Shown here in pieces: positions 55,621 to 64,000 of a DNA stretch of 64,000 nucleotides. The stretch's first letter is position 1. Each line of letters begins with the position of its first letter. The stretch covers positions 310,001 through 374,000 of the forward strand of contig NIVC01000797.1 in the NCBI GenBank assembly GCA_002269645.1, in the 5' to 3' direction. The notes under the pieces are model-generated. The model was not told the origin of the DNA, searched no databases, and saw only the letters and a program-made list of their open reading frames with translations. The DNA is from Macrostomum lignano (taxonomy: Eukaryota). The position numbers were made by a program, and so were the translations under genes.

Positions 55621-56319
55621 ATAAACATGGCACTCGGGAACGCCATCAACCTTGCATTTCTCGACAATCTTGCCCAAGCAAAAAAGAAACATGACAAGAA
55701 AGAAACATGATTATGAAATCCCATCCGGAGCACGGCTTCAGGGCATGTTGGGCTGCTTCTCCTCGAAAAAGAAGCCTTAAATTCGAAGCAATGTATATTC
55801 GGATTAACAGTCTGAAGCTGCGGCAGTTTTCAGTTCTCTCTGCAACACTGCACATGGGATGGGAGCCATTCAACACAAAAATAAGACAGGATCAGATAGC
55901 TGGATGGGATGCAGGATTCAAATTCAGAGGGAAGACGGCCTCTTGGGAAATCGAAGTTAAAGCATCCATATATCTCTAATCTATAGACGTCTATCGATAG
56001 CCTAGGGCAGCGATTGAACTGGGATTTGGGAAGTGGATTTAATGACGGAGTATGGACTGAAATATAAGTTTCCCAATAAAGTATTTAGAATCCTTAAAAA
56101 GATCGATTTAAAAAAACTAATATGCTAAGGTTCATAGAGTCACTGCAGATACAACCCTACAGAGGATTCACATCGCTCTAAAGGTTTCAAGTATTAATTT
56201 TCATAACGCCTAAACATTATACATTGCCTAATTTCTTCACGATAGCAATCTGGCCCGCTCAATGTTTGTATCTCTTCTTTTCAGATTTCTTTTCTTTTTT
56301 CTCTCCTCCCATCTCTCAT

Positions 56320-57690
56320 CTCCCTTTTCCTCATGCTCCTCTCTCTTCTCCCCTCTCCTCATGCTCCTCTCTCTCTTCTCCTCTCTCTTCATGCTCCTCT
56401 CTCTCTTCTCCCCTCTCCTCATGCTCCTCTCTCTCTTCTCCCTCTCCTCATGCTCCTCTCTCTTCTCCCCTCTCCTCATGCTCCTCTCTCTCTTCTCCTC
56501 TCTCTTCATGCTCCTCTCTCTCTTCTCCCCTCTCCTCATGCTCCTCTCTCTCTTCTCCCTCTCCTCATGCTCCTCTCTCTTCTCCCCTCTCCTCATGCTC
56601 CTCTCTCTTCTCCCCTCTCCTCATGCTCCTCTCTCTCTTCTCCTCTCTCTTCATGCTCCTCTCTCTCTTCTCCCTCTCCTCATGCTCCTCTCTCTTCTCC
56701 CTCTCCTCATGCTCCTCTCTCTTCTCCCCTCTCCTCATGCTCCTCTCTCTTCTCCCCTCTCCTCATGCTCCTCTCTCTACTCCCCTCTCCTCATGCTCCT
56801 CTCTCTTCTCCCCTCTCCTCATGCTCCTCTCTCTACTCCCCTCTCCTCATGCTCCTCTCTCTTCTCCCCTCTCCTCATGCTCCTCTCTCTTCTCCCCTCT
56901 CCTCATGCTCCTCTCTCTTCTTCCCTCTCCTCATGCTCCTCTCTTCTCTCCTCTCCTCATGCTCCTCTCTCTTCTCCCCTCTCCTCATGCTCCTCTCTCT
57001 TCTCCCCTCTCCTCATGCTCCTCTCTCTTCTCCCCTCTCCTCATGCTCCTCTCTCTTCTCCCCTCTCCTCATGCTCCTCTCTCTACTCCCCTCTCCTCAT
57101 GCTCCTCTCTCTTCTCCCCTCTCCTCATGCTCCTCTCTCTTCTCCCCTCTCCTCATGCTCCTCTCTCTTCTTCCCTCTCCTCATGCTCCTCTCTTCTCTC
57201 CTCTCCTCATGCTCCTCTCTCTTCTCCCCTCTCCTCATGCTCCTCTCTCTTCTCCCCTCTCCTCATGCTCCTCTCTCTTCTCCCCTCTCCTCATGCTCCT
57301 CTATCTACTCCCCTCTCCTCATGCTCCTCTCTCTACTCCCCTCTCCTCATGCTCCTCTCTCTTCTCCCCTCTCCTCATGCTCCTCTCTCTTCTCCCCTCT
57401 CCTCATGCTCCTCTCTCTACTTCCCTCTCCTCATGCTCCACTCTTCTCTCTCCTCTCCTCATGCTCCACTCTTCTCTCTCCTCTCCTATTTTCTCCTCGC
57501 TCCTCCTTTCTCCCTTCTCCTCTCTCCCCATCTCCTCTCCTTTCTCCCCCTCTCCTCTCCTTTCTCCCCCTCTCCTCCCATCTCCCTTCTCTTCCTCTCT
57601 CCCTCTCTCCCCTCTCTCTCCTCTCTCCTCTCTCCTCTCTCCCTTCTCTCTCCTCTCTCCTCTCTCCCTTCTCTCTTCTCTCTCCTCTCT
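56320..57690. repeat. Polypyrimidine ~27-bp satellite
   Basis: Unit approximately CCTCATGCTCCTCTCTCTTCTCCCCTCT. Confidence 0.95.
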
Positions 57691-59707
57691 CTGGCCCGCA
57701 ATCATGCGCTAGATTTTATATGATCTGGGCCCTTGATTAAAAAAAAGTTTTCCGAACCCTGCATGGCTTATGGGCAATTAAACATCAAAAACGGGTTGTT
57801 CAAGCCAATGCCTTGCGTGCTCTACAGGCGATGTGAAAGTACTCTACGGGATACAATTATATAATTATATAATGTCTGTTTTGCGGGCTCGCTTACCTCA
57901 CCTGCGTTACCCTGCGTCCCAGAAAGGAAATTCTGTTTATCCTAAAAAGAAGCAATCTGAGTAGACAAACAAAACAGGGAAAGATGGAACTTTGCGAAGG
58001 TGCTGGTGCTGCTGTGCAACTAAAGCCTGTGTTGAACGAATCCTGTTGAGCTCCACTGCTCTGTGTTAACAGGCCTCCAATTCAAGCCTAGAGAGACAGA
58101 GTCGAAGCCCTTTCCATCGCGTTCATCCATGTTCTGCCCGGCTACCCGCCCCTGCTCCCTACCGCAGTTCGCTCGTTGAGTAGCCATTGGCAGAGCCGAT
58201 AGGGAGAGAGGAGGAACCACAGGGCAGAACGGGTGTGGAGTGTGCGGAGCGTATGAGGCCAAAATAAGGCCAAAATAAGATAGGAAAGAAACTAAGGGGG
58301 AGAACGAACGGTAAGAGGGGGGTGTGGAAATGGAACGAGTGGAGGAGAAACAGAGGGAGGGGAGAGGAGAGCCAAGGCAAAAGAGAGAGAGAGAGAGAGA
58401 GTAAAAATGGGATTAAAAAAGGGGAGACCAGCGCGATTCAGGATTCATCAAGAAGAGGAGACAGAATGACGATATAGAAGTCGAGACTCGAAAGAAAAGA
58501 GCTTTGGGTGGAGTTCCGTCATTTGTCGTTCGGTTCCGATCGAGTCTGAGTCTGGGTGTCTCAGGTTTGTCTGACTGTCCCACCACTGTCCCACCCGCTC
58601 TGGAGTCTGTTGGGGTGTCTGTAGCCGTCTCTGGGGAGTGATGAGGGACGAGACAGGGAAAGAACTGAGTGACAGTAACCAACAGACAGACTGAACAAAA
58701 TATATCGAGGGAAGAACATTTTATAAGGGTTTCGTTAACCAAGCCTCTTTATTATATATTAAAATTCTTCTAATTAGCATAGGATGGTAGGTTTTCCTAG
58801 GAACAACCCGAGGAAAGATGGGAGAAGGAGAGGAGAGGGGAAAGTAGGGGATGAGAGAAGGGGAGGAAAGGAGAGAGAGATTATTATACAATAACACTTT
58901 CATATTGTGCCTTGTGGTATTAACAAAGCAAACTTACAATATTTCCATTGCCGACGTAAGTTAGTAGCGATTGAAGTGTTGGCTTGCAAACCTCGGTACC
59001 CATTTTAGAATGTCGAGTTAATATTCAGTTCTGTTAGTTTCTGTTAAAAGATGGTAACCTACCTATAAGTATAGGAACGCTTCCAATGTTTCACGATGGC
59101 TATGCTGGTTTGAACTTATTAAACCACCGTCCCCGGTCCACATCACTGATGATGCCCAAAATTATAACCGGGGTGCCACTCTGTGTGTGAGGGGGGAATG
59201 ACGAAGCCCCATTCAACCAACCCCTTGCCGCCGGTTCCTCAGTTTGGGGTCCCCGTTGCAATGTACATTCCATATTCTTGTGCTGGCCTATTTAGTCATG
59301 GCCCCGCCGGTCGGCACTTGGGCCCCCCTCCTTTGCTCTGAATCAACCGCCTCCTCCCCTCCCCTACCCTCCCATCTGCAAGTGGTGAATCACTCACCCA
59401 AGTCCAAAAAACCCCTCCTCTCATCCCTGCCACTCCCCCACCCCCAGTTTTGGTCTGAGGATTCGAATTCTATTTTTAGAACGGACACTGAACATTCCGG
59501 GAGTCACGTGAAAGCTGGCTGGCTCGTGAGGCTAAATAATTGGATGGAAGCGTCAGTGAAGCGCCTGCAATTGATACGACAAGTTATTACAAGTTTTGGT
59601 TTTGGTTTTTGGACTAAGTCACTACATGGAACATGCAGATGCAGTGCAGATAATTTTTTTCTTCCCAAAAGAGCTAAATGAAAATCACTTTTTGAGCATT
59701 AAAGTAC

Positions 59708-60443
59708 GGGTACCTCTCATTTCGCCGATTCTCGTTTCGCCGATTCTCGTTTCGCCGATTCTCGTTTCGCCGACATTCTCATTTCGCCGATTCTCGGTTC
59801 GCCGAAATTAGTTTCATAACCATCTGGAGATTAGACCATAGACAACTACACTAATGCAAGTGTGATTTAGATGCCTATGGCTTGAAAAATAAAGTGTTAT
59901 TTTTTTATTAAATATTAAAAGTATATTAAAAGCATATTAAAAGTATTAAATTAAAAGTAGTTTAATACTTTATTTTTCAAGCCATAGACATCTAAATCAC
60001 ACTTGCATTAGTGTAGTTGTCTATGGTCTAATGTCCAGATGGTTATGAAACTAATTTCGGCGAACCGAGAATCGGCGAAATGAGAATGTCGGCGAACCGA
60101 GAATCGGCGAAATGAGAATGTCGGCGAAATGAGAATCGGCGAAATGAGAATGTCGGCAAAATGAGAATCGGCGAAATGAGAATGTCGGCGAACCGAGAAT
60201 CGGCGAAATGAGAATGTCGGCGAACCGAGAATCGGCGAAATGAGAATGTCGGCGAACCGAGAATCGGCGAAATGAGAATGTCGGCGAACCGAGAATCGGC
60301 GAAATGAGAATGTCGGCGAACCGAGAATCGGCGAAATGAGAATGTCGGCGAACCGAGAATCGGCGAAATGAGAATGCTCGGCGAACCGAGAATCGGCGAA
60401 ACGAGAATCGGCGAAACGAGAATCGGCGAAATGAGAGGTACCC
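59708..60443. mobile_element. Foldback/Mutator-like non-autonomous palindromic element, 736 bp
   Basis: Termini GGGTACCTCTCATTTCGCCGA / TCGGCGAAATGAGAGGTACCC; perfect 9-bp TSD TTAAAGTAC (59699-59707, 60444-60452); modular 15/17-bp repeats in both arms; inner ~90-bp inverted repeat; AT-rich spacer of about 70 bp. Confidence 0.92.
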
Positions 60444-60873
60444 TTAAAGTACAAAAGGGTAAACTACGCTTGTAGCATTCTATATTACTTTGCGTTTTGT
60501 TTTTCAATATACTGTTTTGTGATTCGTGATTCTACTTATTCGTGATTAAATAAATGAGAGCAATTACGGTGTGTCGTTTTATTTCTTCGGATGAGCTCAG
60601 TTCTGAGCTGAAGTTTATAGAAATGAGAAAAATGGGCTTGACGAAATTTGTCAACAAACTGAATATAATGTGGGAAGGAACTTTCTAGAAAATCATGAAA
60701 CTTCGCAATAAAGTAAATGACAAAGAACTTTCGAAAGGGTCACTTCAATCGCCAATCGAGCTGAAAACTGAGTTTAAATAGGCGAGAGAGTCGAGATAAT
60801 ATTTATTAAATATTCACCACACAAACTTAAACAACAAAAATCACTGGAAAGTCCTGGAAATCCTGGAAAGTAC

Positions 60874-61167
60874 CAGGGGCGTCTCCATGGATTTTATGTT
60901 GGGGGGGGGGTGCAAAGCCAAGAATTCAACATGTACATGTACAGTACTAAATTCCTACATTTCCATTATTTTGAGAATCTTGTTGTCAGGAATGTCAGCG
61001 CTCATTTTGGCGCCGAAGGCGCTTTATTTTGGCGCCCTGAAGAAAAATTATTGTTTACCACAACGGGTCACAAGGTGGGGTGGGGGGACAAAGCATTGGC
61101 ATGTCCCCCTATAGCTTTTACTGGGGGGTGGGCATGTAACCCCTGTCCCCCGGTGGCAACGCTCCTG
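60874..61167 (-). mobile_element. hAT-type MITE family X, short copy (294 bp, one internal 21-bp unit)
   Basis: TIR CAGGGGCGT...ACGCTCCTG; 8-bp TSD gaaagtac/aaaagtac (7/8); reverse complement aligns with 62461-63198. Confidence 0.85.
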
Positions 61168-61792
61168 AAAAGTACAATAAAATTTTATTTTTATTCATCT
61201 TGTTAATTTCAAATATCCCGCTAAACTACTCACGTAAGTTAGTAGGATATTAGGAAATATGCTTTATATGAAAGTGAGACTTATGCTGGCTAAAGCAGAT
61301 TTTTCTCGTAATATACTTCCTTTATAATATAGTTGATAACTCGTATTATTAAATTGATAAAACGCAAAGATCAAAAAGGATTTTCTCGACGATAACAAAC
61401 TGCTTACAGATTAATTGTTCTCATAAACATGTCCGCCTTAAGAACCTGGAACAACTCGAATATAAAAAATTGATTAATAAATTGTTTTTTTTCACCATCT
61501 TAATTAAAGACAGAGCGAGGGCATGAGAGAATTGATTCCTAAATATGCTCGTATGACTGATAGCAAAAACACCAGCTTGCCTTCGATGGAGTATCACGGA
61601 GAGCAATATGTGTGCATGCATTCATTTATTCAAAACAAGAATAACCATGCGTAGGGCAGGGGATATGGTAAAGGTAGTCGATACCCATGGAGAAAGTTGA
61701 ACAAAGCTTTCCTGAATTTCTCGCCAATAGTTTGCTTTCGAAGTTTTGTTGTCAAGATTTCGCACTTTGCGCACCAGCGATTCAAAATTTCC

Positions 61793-62030
61793 TAAACCTA
61801 AACTAAGAATCACCCCTAAACCTAAACTAAGAATCACCCCTAAACCTAAACTAAGAATCGCCCCTAAGCCTAAACTAAGAATCGCCCCTAAGCCTAAACT
61901 AAGAATCGCCCCTAAGCCTAAACTAAGAATCGCCCCTAAGCCTAAACTAAGAATCGCCCCTAAGCCTAAACTAAGAATCGCCCCTAAGCCTAAACTACGA
62001 ATCGCCCCAAACCCAAATCGCCCCTAAACC
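61793..62030. repeat. 24-bp minisatellite family Z, array 2
   Basis: Unit CTAAGCCTAAACTAAGAATCGCCC; shares CTAAGAATCGCCCCTAA with 43425-44180. Confidence 0.93.
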
Positions 62031-62460
62031 TAAACTTAAAAACCTAAAACTACGAAGCGCCCCTTCAACTAAACTAATAACCACCCTAAACCTTAACTTT
62101 GTAATTTAAAAGAGTAGGAAATTACTAGCTTAGTAGCTAATGTAGAGAAAACTATTGTTACTTTTCTTTACTAACAAAAGCGAGTATACAAGGTCAAAAG
62201 CTACAGGTAGTTAGTTTATTAAAAAAACATTACTTTCTTTGTTTGCCTGTTCAACGGGGCTCAGAATTGCTGTTACACAGCTCGTACTATTAATTCCGTA
62301 TCGTGAGTTTCGGTAAATATGAAAACAAGTTGAAAAGTGAAGAGCGCAAAAAGCTACTCTAAGTAGTATGAATAGTAAGGTAAGTCCTATTAAGTCTACC
62401 GTGGAGAACGAGCTAAAAGCAAAATGGACTGAATTAAACAAGTTTATTCTAGATCAAGAT

Positions 62461-63198
62461 CAGGGGCGTTGCCAACAGGGAGGGGGACAGGGAGGACATG
62501 CCCCCCACCCCAGTATAAGCTATGGACGGGACATGCCAACAATGCTTTCCCCCCACCCCAGCTTGTGACCCGTTGTGGAAATCAAAATTCTCAGGGCGCC
62601 AAATTATAGTGCCTGCGGCGCCAAAATGAGTGCCTTCGGCGCCAAAAAAATGAGTGCCTGCGGCGCCAAAATGAGTGCATGCGGCGCCAAAATGAGTGCA
62701 TGCGGCGCCAAAATGAGTGCATGCGGCGCCAAAATGAGCGCATGCGGCGCCAAGATGAGTGCATGCGGCGCCAAGATGAGTGCATGCGGCGCCAAAATGA
62801 GTGCATGCGGCGCCAAAATGAGTGCCTGCGGCGCCAAAATGAGTGCATGCGGCGCCAAAATGAGTGCATGCGGCGCCAAAATGAGTGCCTGCGGCGCTAA
62901 AATGAGTGCATCCGGCGCCAAAATGAGTGCCTGCGGCGCCAAAATGAGTGCCTGCGGCGCCAAAATGAGTGCCTGTGGCGCTAAAATGAGTGCCTGTGGC
63001 GCTAAAATGAGTGCCTGCTGCGGCGCTAAAATGAGTGCATGCTGCGGCGCTAAAATGAGTGCATGCTGCGGCGCTAAAATGAGTGCTGAACAACACCGAT
63101 TCTCGAAATATTAGACATGTAGGAATTTAGTCATGTACATGCACATGTAGAATTCTTGACTTTGTCCCCCACCATAAAAATTAATGACGACGCCCCTG
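62461..63198 (+). mobile_element. hAT-type MITE family X, long copy (738 bp, internal array of 22 units)
   Basis: TIR CAGGGGCGTTG...CGACGCCCCTG; internal (TGCGGCGCCAAAATGAGTGCA)n at about 62610-63085; flanks atcaagat/ttctggat (5/8). Confidence 0.85.
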
Positions 63199-63775
63199 TT
63201 CTGGATCGAATACCTGCACGATTCCAACGCAGTAGCTGCTACGTAGGAACTTTTCAGATTCAGATATAAGGAAGCGAACCTCCGACGTCATCCAAAAATG
63301 GACTCTGCTATTGGACAGATAGGGGCACCTCTCTGATGGTCTTTAATTATGCATGAGATATCATTGCTGTACGTACTGTATCATTATGTATAGTCTTGCT
63401 CCAGTTGCTGCGCATAGGACATATTGGGACTCTACCCTCCTCTCTACCTCCTCTATAATAGCAATAGATGCAAAGGAATTCCTCCTTTCTGCGTTACTAT
63501 GGTTACCTTAATACAACGGGCTCCAGACCCCTTATCCCGCATATCATTTGTGCTTGATGCCTGCTTGCAAGCAGTGCAGTATGTATTGAGGCCATTTGGC
63601 TTACCATACCCTGCGCCACTGTCGACGACAATAAAGCTTGCCTATCCTTTTTAGTCTCAGCTTGAGCGCTAAAATTTACACTACCACAGAGTTAAATTGA
63701 AACTTATAATTGTATTGAATTTAGCCAGCGGGACCTGCGATTTCATGAGGTAAACAATTATAGGATACCGGAAGA

Positions 63776-64000
63776 ATTGCTGAGATGTCAAGGTTCAAGG
63801 CTCATGGGGGACATTGCTGAGATGTCAAGGTTCAAGGCTCATGGGGGACATTGCTGAGATGTCAAGGCTCAAGGCTCATGGGGGACATTGCTGAGATGTC
63901 AAGGCTCAAGGCTCATGGGGAACATTGCTGAGATGTCAAGGCTCAAGGCTCATGGGGGACATTGCTGAGATGTCAAGGTTCAAGGCTCATGGGGACATTG
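63776..64000. repeat. 37-bp minisatellite running off the window end
   Basis: Unit GGGGGACATTGCTGAGATGTCAAGG(T/C)TCAAGGCTCAT; internal hairpin GACAT-N7-ATGTC. Confidence 0.93.

Noticed and set aside
56224-57740. Three overlapping 459-499 aa ORFs
   Set aside because: A pyrimidine-only satellite cannot form stop codons.
62575-63114. 179-aa (SACGAKM)n ORF, metallothionein/antifreeze-like in appearance
   Set aside because: It lies wholly inside a MITE; the 21/24-bp units preserve the frame passively.
60874-63198. Composite transposon formed by the two inverted MITE copies
   Set aside because: The outer flanks (gaaagtac vs ttctggat) do not match, and the short copy has its own TSD, so these are independent insertions.
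63500-63660. Minus-strand FIVVDSGA resembling a retroviral protease motif
   Set aside because: The frame has nearby stops and no RT, RNase H, integrase or LTR context is visible.

Overview
This is eukaryotic, repeat-rich animal genomic DNA, not prokaryotic. GT-AG introns, polyQ/polyA-rich GC-rich exons and many minisatellites suggest a flatworm such as Macrostomum (inference only). Two convergent spliced genes could be assembled by hand with consistent intron phases. (1) A + strand 11-exon gene, CDS 7124-22197, about 1040 aa, mostly low-complexity, with an unassigned globular C-terminal domain. (2) A - strand RBMS/alan shepard (shep)/SUP-26-like double-RRM RNA-binding protein gene, with at least 7 exons from 49034 down to 25485 and an uncertain 5' end. 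Introns and intergenic DNA hold about 30 tandem arrays (4-61 bp units, some with higher-order periods), three copies of a tRNA-derived SINE, a Tc1 transposase relic, three hAT-type MITEs and a Foldback/Mutator-like palindromic element with a perfect 9-bp TSD. The clearest unexpected signal is minisatellite birth inside mobile elements: two neighbouring copies of one hAT MITE carry 1 versus 22 copies of an internal 21-bp unit. Most long ORFs in the supplied track are translations of repeats. No CRISPR array, rRNA, intact tRNA or prokaryotic system is supported, and I found no new protein-based system.
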